Assembly: GCA_002633005.1 (NCBI GenBank) | Contig: NMRA01000537.1 | Coordinates: 206,965 to 270,964, forward strand | Length of the DNA: 64,000 nt | Direction of reading: 5' to 3' | Origin: Phoronis australis | Taxonomy: Eukaryota; Animalia; Phoronida | In this document: piece by piece, positions 26,801 through 38,800 of the stretch | Numbering within the stretch: the first letter of the stretch is position 1 | How the letters are laid out: each line of letters opens with the position of its first letter | Made by a program: the position numbers and the translations under genes | Notes under the pieces: generated by a model | Seen by the model: only the letters and a program-made list of their open reading frames with translations | The model's database searches: none | Told to the model about the DNA's origin: nothing

Positions 26801-29800
26801 GTTTAATCAGTGCCGATATAATTTGCCAAAAAGCTTCCAGCATATAGAGGGCCTATGGGATAACCACCGTCTCTACTGGGTCCAGTTGAGACGGTGGTAC
26901 CATGTAGCCAAAGGCCTGTTATTGTTGTCTTAATTATTCTGTGCATGCAATGGTATCTGAAGCTGCAAGAAAATGGATGTGATGTTTACCTTTCTGTGAC
27001 TTGAATTTTACCCTCCTCATCCAAAACGCTTAACCGTAAAGGTGTCATAACCGGTAGCATGTACGCTGATACATTATCATTTAAGGTTCCTAGCTGGGAG
27101 CGTGCTGAAGGCGAACAGCAGGCCTGCTGTCACGGTAACATTCCATTGCGAGAAGAATCTATCGGACCTCCAGAGCCGTCAGAAGCACACGCATGGGAAT
27201 GTACTGGTCAATGACAAAGGAAACGAAGCGTATCTGGAGTGCGAGGACAGTGAGGAGGGTAGATGGTGCACAGATCTTACGGAAAATCTTAAGGTGAGTG
27301 TACAGTCCGTATGTGCCTGGGAGTAAGCTTACCCATGCGAGTCTACCCTCTGAGTATAGAGCCGTCCCTAATTTTAAACCTCGTGATTGGGTAAATGACT
27401 GTCCCTCTTGCCTTGTAGTTTGCTTTGGATCAACCTGACGTATTTCACACGAGGTGTTACTTGGCAGGCTAGCTCAAAGCAGCCTTGGAAAGCAGATTCT
27501 GTCCTCATGTCTCCGCGAAACAGGATTTGGATTTTCATTTTTTTGCATTTTAAATGCACAAACGTAGAAGTCCATGAGTTTATGCCCTAAGGATCGCTAT
27601 AACCCCACCAGTGTTTAAGTCCACCTCCAGTTTTCTTAAAACTCCCCAGTCACAAGCTAAGGTTGGACGATACAGTTACTATTGGTGACTCAAGATGCAG
27701 GGCTTAGAATTTTCCTCTTCCCTCTTTTAAGAGGATTTTCTCCTTTTTGGTTTCAATTTCCTCTTACTTGACTTCCAGTTTCCACTATTTGTCTTTTTTA
27801 TCATTATTTTGATTTTATTCATGCAAAACCGTATATTTTTGTTAAATTTTACAATACAAAATATTGTTATCACGCATGTCTATATATTTGTGAGACGATA
27901 CATCACCTGGAAAATTTTCTTCTTTTTGTCAATGATCATTCTGAGCCCTGTAGATGAACACTCTTATTGATATCAGAAGGGATGAACACTCTTATTGATA
28001 TCAGAAGGGATGAACACTCTTATTGATATCAGAAGGGATGAACACTCTTATTGATATCAGAAGGGATGAACACTCTTATTGATATCAGAAGGGATGAACA
28101 CTCTTATTGATATCAGAAGGAAATGAGGTATTTCGTGGAAGTTATAACAGCCACTGAACCCTCCTTCCGTAACAAAAACCGACGTTTAATTTAGATATCA
28201 CTTACCGTTAGTCAACTGATATCAAATTTTTCCTCAGTCAAAGCAGATGTGATTTCAAGACTTTTGAAGACAGAAGGTCCGTTATTGTTCGAGACCAGGC
28301 TCCAAAAGTTGGCCTTTTTGCAGCGCTTTAATTTATGCTCCTAGCTGGGTTTCAAGAAATATAAAATTTCTGGTTCTTTTGCAAGCCCAGAATTCACCTT
28401 CTATCACAACAAGGAACAAGATGAAACTGTGATTAATCCTTATAAATTAAATGTTGAAATTTTTGATAGAATGCAGGTTTATTGCTGCTTTATCTCTCAT
28501 TTTACATCGTGTTTGGATCTGACTCGTTTGTTATGGTAATAGTTATCTGCCTTACATAGTACAATTGTAATCATATTGATGTTCTGTTTCTTCAGATTAT
28601 CGCCTTTAGAAAGTGCGACGAAAAGAAATCCACAGAGGAGGTGTCCGAGCGGAAATATGGCTTCAGAGTGGAGACAACGGTAGAAGTAGAGGTTCTGAGA
28701 GCAAAAAAAATAAAACTGGAGGTATGAAGAGTGGGACTAAACCTTGTGTTTTTAGGTAATATGTAAGGCCCCAGAACATGGCCTGAATTTGACCAACTTT
28801 GGGACATCATAACTTAGAAATGTTGGTTTCATGTGAATCTTTCAGATGCTGTGCTTTATGCATTGTTCTTCAAAACGCTTTGTGACTTAGCAACAGCATT
28901 TGACAAAATTTGTTTTAACTCACAGCTTTGATATCGGTCCTTTTCAGTTCTCTGACCTATTGGAGGATTTGTCATTTCACGAGACACACATCTACTGATA
29001 AGACAATGTGTGTGTAGTTGTTTTTTGTCGGCCTGAAAGAGTTCATGGAACTAGAAGGGGCAACGTAAAAACCAAAATAGTGAACTGGGCTTGAAACATG
29101 TCTCCAACAAAGCTCATTATTTATTGTGTAAGTGTTGAAATTGTTTTGTGAAAACAGTTGTGATTCATTTGTCAATTTGTAAACATTATTATGGAACAAA
29201 CACCCACTGTGCTGTGATTGGCTTTTTAAAAAGTTTTTTAAACGGAATTGATATTAGTTATGTTAGACCTGTTGATATTAGTTATGTTAGACCTGTGTAC
29301 GGTAAGTAGATGATGTTGAGCCTTGATCCTTTTCAGGCGGTAACACTTCCTGTAATCATAACTACTCAGACGTCACAAGATTGCAATGCCACTGCCACTC
29401 TGCTCTGGGACAGTGCATTCGCTGAACCTGTAAGTGCTGCCCTCTCTCACACATTCCAGAACTTATTAAATCGGATGTAGTACCAAGGACTCTGTTTACT
29501 AATTGAGTAATAGTTCATTTTTTGGGTAAAAGAAAATGATCCTACTGAGTTGTGAATTCAGTGTATGGTGAAATCATGCCAATTTTTACAGAAGTATTTG
29601 CCAAAAATGCCTTTTTCGTTATGCACCCGCACTGTGGAATGAGTATCCCGACACAGTATTGCGTACAAACACAAAAGGCCTGCTTGACAAGTTTCTTCGA
29701 GCGTGATTCTGGATTAGATCATGATAGTGGAAATTTCTTGATTTTTTCACTCCAGGAGAGTGGTACGTAACGTTCAATTTTCAGTAGCTTGTAATGTTGT

Positions 29801-32800
29801 TGCAGATGTTCAAGTTGTTGAAAATGTTGTCCAAAGGTAGCTATGGTGCTGAATTATCAACATGGAAAAGCATTTAACTTCAGTTGGCTCTACATGTCTT
29901 TTACAAAAATGGGATGAAAATTTCACTTGTTATGTGTGCTCCGAAATGGTTTGATTTTACCGTGGCGTTGGTCTCTCACTCATTGAAGAAAAACTGAAAG
30001 TGATAAAAATTGTTTATAGGCATGGAAAACTCGGGGGAAAACAAAGTGACACTCATGAAAAAGTTGGGAAAAGTTTCACGAGATTAAAGACTTTTTACTT
30101 TACAAGACATCAGGAAGTGATACATTCATTATTAAGCTAGGTGACTACTATTAGCAAAAATACTAATAGTCTCTACTTTTGTTGGAAAATAAATCATGGA
30201 AAATGAAAAATTTTCAACCTGAAATACGTATGGACATGAAAATGCCTTTTTTGCCATGTCGTGAACACATCCACTAAAACAAGAAACTGTAGGAACACCG
30301 CATTTATCCACCTTCACTCTTATCAGGCTTCTATTGTGAGTCAGTACGCGTGAATAATTGGCTGATAAGCCACCTCTGGAACTACTTTTGGCTGAATGGA
30401 TGACCAGGCCATAAAATGATAATTAGCCAAGACCAGTTACTATAATGCAACAAAGAAAAATGTCTTGCATCACCTAGCCTTGGTGGAAAGCTGTATACTG
30501 TATNACACATTCCAGAACTTATTAAATCGGATGTAGTACCAAGGACTCTGTTTACTAATTGAGTAATAGTTCATTTTTTGGGTAAAAGAAAATGATCCTA
30601 CTGAGTTGTGAATTCAGTGTATGGTGAAATCATGCCAATTTTTACAGAAGTATTTGCCAAAAATGCCTTTTTCGTTATGCACCCGCACTGTGGAATGAGT
30701 ATCCCGACACAGTATTGCGTACAAACACAAAAGGCCTGCTTGACAAGTTTCTTCGAGCGTGATTCTGGATTAGATCATGATAGTGGAAATTTCTTGATTT
30801 CTTCACTCCAGGAGAGTGGTACGTAATGTTCAATTTTCAGTAGCTTGTAATGTTGTTGCAGATGTTTAAGTTGTTGAAAATGTTGTCCAAAGGTAGCTAT
30901 GGTGCTGAATTATCAACATGGAAAAGCATTTAACTTCAGTTGGCTCTACATGTCTTTTACAAAAATGGGATGAAAATTTCACTTGTTATGTGTGCTCCGA
31001 AATGGTTTGATTTTACCGTGGCGTTGGTCTCTCACTCATTGAAGAAAAACTGAAAGTGATAAAAATTGTTTATAGGCATGGAAAACTCGGGGGGAAAACA
31101 AAGTGACACTCATGAAAAAGTTGGGAAAAGTTTCACGAGATTAAAGACTTTTTATTTTACAAGACATCAGGAAGTGATACATTCATTATTAAGCTAGGTG
31201 ACTACTATTAGCAAAAATACTAATAGTCTCTACTTTTGTTGGAAAATAAATCATGGAAAATGAAATTTTTTCAACCTGAAATATGTATGGACATGAAAAT
31301 GCCTTTTTTGCAGTATTTTAAAAAAATTTGTTTACATAATTGTGGTCCAAGGTACAGTTGAGGTTTTAAGACAAGTTGACAGATAGCATGACTGTAGTAT
31401 ACTCACTTAAATTAGATCCAACCTAATTAATAAATTTGTCAGTGTAGTAAACTCACTTAAATCAGATCCAACCTAATTGATAAATTTGTCTGTGTGTATT
31501 TAGTGCAATCTCTCATTTGAAGACCTAGTGCATGAACCTTAAGTGAAGATATGACTTTTTACTGTAATTATTACAAAAGTAGAGTAAATTTGAACAGTGT
31601 AAATGGAGTGGAATTGAAAGTATGTGATAAGCACGTTACCTGGGTGATATACTACAGGGCCGACAGTGTTACTATGTCCCCGACCGTGTACCCTGGCCCA
31701 AGCTGGCAAGTGTACTCAGCAGGAGATTTAAGGCGACAACGGGGCGGGGCTTGGATGCGCACCAAAAGCAATGCCTGGCTAAGAAACTCTGTGGTAAGTG
31801 GAACTGTTCAGTGATTAACTAGTTTGAGTTGTGATACTTTAATCATTTGAAATGCCCTAAAAACTTGATAAGGTTTACCTGGCAAGTGGCCTCCAGCGTT
31901 TTGGCAACTATAGATTATGCCTAAAATTTTTTGTTCTGTGAACATTGAGGCTTTGCGCATCCTGAAAAGTATACTCGTGTAATGAGCTTAGGAACCTTGA
32001 AATAAGAGTGCATAATATATCAACAGGAGAATACCTCGTAGACTGTCAAAGCCAGAATGTTGTCACCCCCTCCCGCGCCCCCAAGGTTGAGCACAGCGCA
32101 CTTTTGTGTTAACATTTTATGCGATTTGTAGGAAATAAAAAAACCGACTATCAGAGAAATGGAAATGGCACGGTCACATGGGCTGCTTTCAATAAGGTAT
32201 TATGTCTTTTAACATCTTCCACTAGTTGTAAATGGTAAAATTTAACTTGCACTTTTGAATTAGAATGGTGCAGCAGTGCCTGTGTATCATTTTTACTAAA
32301 GTCAAAATTTTTGAAATCCGGTTGTGTACAAAAAAGATCAATGTCTTAAATGGCAATTAGTGTTTCAGACTTATGTGACATTGAAAAGTTAACACACTGC
32401 TACAGAGTTGGACAATCAAGTTAAAAGTTTGTTGACCAATGTTGACTTTTCTGTGTTATGCATTAAAAGGATACTAAACCTTATTTTGGGGATTTCGACG
32501 GATCCTCATTCCGTTCTCAGTAATGCACCTGTAACTTCCGGGCTTGAATGACAAAAGCAGGATTTAACGAAAAACATGTGCTCACTGTGTCACAAAATGG
32601 ATTGTGCAGTGATTGGTGGGTGATCTTTCCCTTCAGTTGTTGTGTAATTTGCCTGAAGCTGTATAAGTCTTGCTTGCCCATTTAGCAGAATGTGTAAGGA
32701 ATTTCTTAAATTTGCGCCAAACTTTTGAAGGTTGACGAATGTTTCGGAGACTTATTTTGTTTTTCAAGGCAGAATGGCAAAGTCGTTGTTAACATTCTGT

Positions 32801-35800
32801 AATAGGCCAAGACCGGATTTTGTATCCTTTTAACTTCTCTCTGTTCCTTTTGCTGGATTGAATCTGTACAATTCCTGGTTGTGCTTGAGTGTTCATGATT
32901 GTAAAATTAACTAAAAAATCCGCCTCCATTACAGACGAAGATGTGTAAGGATTTCACCTTCTGGAGATGGTTCTATGCTGTCAATAATTTGGTGAAGAAA
33001 CATCTGAAGAAGCCGTGGCAGGATGGGTGAGTCATGGTCTAGCTCTCTGTTATCAATTCGTTTTTTCCCTCTAGGGTGCGCTGCTGTTGTTTTTATGTAT
33101 TGTTTATTTGTTGGGCAGTTTTTAGCTTGTAAACATCCAGTGACATCACTGATAGCTTTTAGAAGTGTAAACTGATTTGTAATACGCGTTTCAGGTGTTG
33201 AGATTTGAACAGCGTGATTGAATGATGCGTGCCACAGAAATCTTGTGTGCATAAAATATTTCTAATCTATGTTTGAATGCAATGCATTTCTCTTATAGGA
33301 TTTTATTTACATATGGTGACTCATGCTTTCAATTCTGATACACTCAAATAATGAGTGTTTATTTCTGCAATATTGTTTCCATGTCCCCAAGTTGTCTGTG
33401 ATGTCACCAGATGTTCACAAGCCAGCAAAAGTCCCTTAATGCATTTGGCAAACGACAGTAGATGAAATCGTTCAAATTGTTATAATTTTGGATATTAATA
33501 TTTCACTGTAGTTACACTGCATTTTAATTAATTAAGGTTTTGGCATTTTTATTTTTCAACTTTTCACATGTCTTGTGTCTACTTTTTTTCTTTTTGTAAC
33601 ATTCAAATGGAGGAAATTGTTTAATTTCGCTGAAGCATTTTTCTGTTGGCGCCATCTTTTACATGCTATGAACATTCCCACTAAATAAGATTGGTTCTAA
33701 CCCCAGTGGTTAAGGTAAACGGTGGGGTATGGAAAAATGAACTAGACCGTATTTATCCACCTTGGCTAAGTCGCGCTTGGCTCACGATCAAAGAGATGCC
33801 GCCAAGCTGCTCTAGTCATCGAGTCACGAGCGAGGATAATTGGCTTCGCTCATGCGGATATGATCAGCTGATTACAATCTAGCTAGCAGACTGTACTTTT
33901 TATGGAGAGAGTTTTACGTAGTTTTTACTGTAATATCTGAAAAGAGGAGCGAAAACAAATATGAGTACAACTTTGAATTTTTCAAATCGGCCCAGGATAA
34001 GAGATTTTGCAACACAGCAACACTCACGATTACTTTCATTCTGCGCGCACTAATACAAAAATATAGGANNNNNNNNNNNNNNNNNNNNNNNNNNNNNNNN
34101 NNNNNNNNNNNNNNNNNNNNNNNNNNNNNNNNNNNNNNNNNNNNNNNNNNNNNNNNNNNNNNNNNNNNNNNNNNNNNNNNNNNNNNNNNNNNNNNNNNNN
34201 NNNNNNNNNNNNNNNNNNNNNNNNNNNNNNNNNNNNNNNNNNNNNNNNNNNNNNNNNNNNNNNNNNNNNNNNNNNNNNNNNNNNNNNNNNNNNNNNNNNN
34301 NNNNNNNNNNNNNNNNNNNNNNNNNNNNNNNNNNNNNNNNNNNNNNNNNNNNNNNNNNNNNNNNNNNNNNNNNNNNNNNNNNNNNNNNNNNNNNNAGTAC
34401 AAGTTTTCCTATTGACGATCGCGATTCAGCGACGCATCAGTCGGCAAGTTTTCGCCCTGTGATGAGCACAATTTTTTGAAAAATTATCGTAATTTAACAA
34501 CGGAAGTTGATAGCAATGCACCACAATTTTGTAGAAAGGCTGTCATATTCTACAAATACGTCACAGAGCGTAAATTTGATGAATCCTAGCTTCCGATTTT
34601 ACCCGTTTGGGAAACCGGGTTTCAACTGCCGTAGGCTCACTACAATAAGCGTCCCCTCCCCGTGAAATGAATTTTTATAAGCGTTTGTTTGAGCCAATAC
34701 AGTATACAGCTTTCCACCAAGGCTAGGTGATGCAAGACATTATTCTTTGTTGCATTATAGTAACTGGTCTTGGCTAATTATCATTTTATGGCTTGTTCAT
34801 CCATTCAGCCAAAACTAGTTCCAGAGGTGGCTTATCAGCCAATTATTCACGCATGCTGACTCACAATAGAAGCCTGATAAGAGTGAAGGTGGATAAATGC
34901 CGTGTTCCTACAGTTTCTTGTTTTAGTGGATGTGTTCACGACATGTAATCCACCGTTCCATCAACACTAAGTCATTTAATTCCATTATTTCTCTACTTGT
35001 TTCGCACAGAATAATTAGATATATTTGCCTGATAGTCAGGGTGTGCCAAATAAACTGAATATTTCCTGACTTTGTAGTTGACCGGTATGTAACCAAGCAT
35101 TGCCGACAGCCCGTGTGTGAATTAAACGAAATGCGGCCTCCGGGTTGCCAACATGATAAAGTTAACAGTAATTAAATTGCGTTATCGTGTTCCAATATAA
35201 GAGTACTTAATCCTATCATTGGTGCAACACTCGTTGAGCATAAATGGCAGAGTGACACTGCTGTGGATGAACTTGGAATCTTGCTTAATCTCAAGATTGC
35301 GTACGCGTGAACTTGGAATACATGAAGAAACTCGACAAGTTCACTCAAATAATCAGGTTCATGTGGATAAAAATTTGCACTGCACTGAACCAAATTATAT
35401 GTTATTATTAAAATAATGTAAAATTCAACTAATCTTTTTTCAGCTATTGGCGATTATATTCACCAAACAATAATTGTTTTAACCAATCATAAACTCCTCC
35501 GATTCTTTGACACAAGTTACGGTTAAGGAGAAAATGAGTGATTATGAGGCCAATAATTACAAAAGTTCTTTACACTGAACAAAAAATTTCACCTGATTGC
35601 CCAAATATATGTTCAATTTTCAAGTTCACGCATACGCCATCTTGAGATTAAGCAGGATTCCAAGTTCAGACACATGCAGCAACACCGCACTCTTCTTTTT
35701 CACCCCTTGCACCTCTTATTTACAATGGCGTGAGATTCTAGCATTCGAGTGGATGAATTTAGTGGAGAATATGCAATTTTCAGACCTTGTTAATGTATTC

Positions 35801-38800
35801 TGAGGTGCATATTAGTAGAATTAGTGACAAAGGGCTTTTCAGTGTAAGTTGTTTTACAAAGTACATAACTGACTGTGTTCGAATTAGGTGAGGTAAAAGA
35901 AATTCCCACCAAGTAGTCTTGTGTGGAATATGTGACGTACAAAATAATTTCGAGTGTGCGAAATGAGGTGAGTGTGCAAAATTAGTGGAGAATTACCGTA
36001 TCCAACAAGGCCTAATGTGGCCAATTGGTGTTATGCTTAACTGACTCATTTATGGTTTCATTAATCTTGGTAGCCATTCAGTTAGTTCTCCACTATCAGT
36101 CTGGTAGAGCAATCATGTCTTAGTCTCTTTTACACAAGTTTATTCATTTACTTACAACTGGTGCCATCTTTTGTTCACAGGCTCAAATATCCTCTTACAA
36201 CTTGTGCCATCTTTTGTTCACAGGCTCAAATATCCTCTTACAACTGGCGCCATCTTTTGTTCACAGGCTCATCCATGGCTTCATTGATAAGGCAGAGGTG
36301 AAGGAGAAGTTAAGGGAAGAAGGACTCAAGAGTGGCACATTCATTCTGCGGTTCAGCGAAAAAAATATCGAAGACAACCAGAGCACTCACTTCGGCGGCG
36401 GGCTGTGCGTGGCCTACATGGAAAAGAGTGAGGGTTAGTCTTTACAATTGGAATGATTTGAGTCTCTTGTTCAATGCCTTTCAGAAAGCAGAAATTGTAA
36501 GTCATTGGTACAACTGTGAATTTGTATACCTTGTTAAATTATTATTCATCATCCGGTTTGGATACAATGTTTTTGAAGAGAAGGCAAACCTTCCTTTTGG
36601 GCGTTCCATCAGGTGGGCTTATCTACGGAAACAAGTGGTTGAGTTTTTGCACACACGAGTATTAGATGCTAAATTGAACTTTTTCTGCTCTTTGTGTCTA
36701 GCCATTCACAATCTGCTGATTGTTTTTGTTAAGGAGGTGGCGTTCCACAGCTTTGCTGGTGAAATTTCAGAATGCAAGCAAATGGAATTGCAAGGATGTT
36801 CCTGTTAGTTGCAGTTATATTTAATCAACTTAGGGCACAACATGGCGGACTAGTGAAATTTATGTTTTCCTTAAAAGCTTAAGTTTAATCAGAAAAAAAC
36901 CTGCACTAAGTTCTGTAACATAGAGTCAATGTTTTGACATGATTGAATTGCGGACATTGACAACAGTTTTTGAAAAACGTAAAACAGGCTATTGTAGCCG
37001 GTCATTCTTTTTGTCCAAAATTGGTGACATTTTACACCAGATGGCACAATTTGTTCCATTTTGCTTGCGGATTACAATCATGTCGTTTTATTGTCAGGAG
37101 GCCACACTGAGATCGAGTTTGTGTACCCATTCATGGCATCCGAGTTTGAGCAGACGCCATTCTGCAAGTACTTGATGACCTTAGAGGTCGAGGACGAGGA
37201 GTACTCGCCTAAGAAGAGTCCACTCAACTTCCTGTATCCAAACAAGCCGTTTCTCCAAGCATTTGCGGACTGTATTCAGGAGGAGAAAGGTAAACAGGAT
37301 GAACCCCCAATGGGTAAAGTGACAGTCTTTTGTCTTGTAGAACAACCTGCAGGCTAGTTGTGTACAAGGCTTCAAAGAGTCACTGGAACTGTAATCATGG
37401 GTTCGGACAGAATAGATTCTCTCAATTTGGTTTGTTTGTAGTGGGGCGATTTCGGTCACTGATTCAAAAATTAGATTTGATCACCACTTGATGAGGAATT
37501 CAGAATTGTGCTACGAATTGTTTTGAAAATGTTCCTCTTTTGCAAGAGGGCTATCAAAAATAGGACCTCAAAGGTTTTTACAAAAAATCTTAAAAGTTAT
37601 AAAAATTAAACAAAAACGAAATATTTTGGAAAACTGTTACAGAATTTTTGAGATTTCGTCTTGAACTTTTACACATTATGGCCATGATGCCATTGTTTTG
37701 TTACGGATGTACCTTTATTGTTTTGTTAAATGTTACTTAAAGATATGATCACATGACCCAGTTCATGTCAGTCAAAAATCAAAGTCTACGTGCTTGCTAC
37801 TTTCGGAAAATCTATACCTTGAGTTAAAATCTGTAGTTTTGTACACATCTTGTTGGATACATGACCTTAAAGGGGTCAACCAGAGCTTGAAATTGCACTC
37901 TTGTGCTTTCACAAGAGTTCCGTGTGGACTGTTTTCTATTATTTTACTTTGCCTGGAATACCGAATGTGATAGTGTTGAGCACATGTTGGAAATCTGTGT
38001 AGATCAAAATGAGATGATCTTTTCACTCTTTTGTAGCAAAATTACCTGCCTCTGATGAACCTGGCCTATTGGAAGATTACAAACTGCCCATCAAGAAACT
38101 GACAATACAGTCCAGGTGAGAGAGGATCAGGACCAGGCGTCGTTGGGTATTACGGACCCGTGCGGTGCCATTTTTGAGGTCAAATTCAGAGTGAAGTGCA
38201 GTAGAAGCCAAATGATTTCAGACAAAACAACTCAGAATTTCCCGTCGTGACTTCTGACCTCTGACCTTCCTTCATGGCAAACTCATCCTTGTTCCTTCTT
38301 AATTAATTACCTTTTGATTATTTGATGGTCAATTTTTGTGATGTACCTGTGTGCCGATATCTTGTGAACGATGTTCAGATGTTCATTGGACGCAGTGTGC
38401 TTGGCAAATGTCCATGAGCCAATGGCATTCTATCTCTGGTTGTACCAGATGTGTGCAGGCTGCTCGGGTGAGCCTATTGCACTGATCACCTGGAACCATT
38501 TTTGGGCTTTATTAATGTCTGATTAAAATCGAGCTGAGGAGCTAGAAACCCGACTTAAGGGTCTGGCAGTGTGTTCCAGAAGGACTCGAACCTACGAGTA
38601 AAGAAAGCTTTACCTATTATACTAAGCAACACTGCCTCCTCTGAATAAATATATTTTACTAGAAGTTCTCTTTGTTATTGATAAGTAATGCTTCCAAATC
38701 TGTTGCTAGGCAACGCTCCGCGATGAGCTCACCTGCACATTCTCACCTGTCCTATGCGGAGGACCAGCAGATGGACGTCTCCACAGAAGTACAACTGTAT

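Noticed and set aside
27953-28120. 28-bp repeats resembling a CRISPR array
   Set aside because: Head-to-tail copies without spacers, inside a eukaryotic intron, no cas genes.
8705-33882. Recurring short ORF (GGVWKIELDRIYPPWL...) as a small gene family
   Set aside because: It is the translated end of the CATG element; starts are mostly non-ATG, lengths vary and no domain is recognisable.
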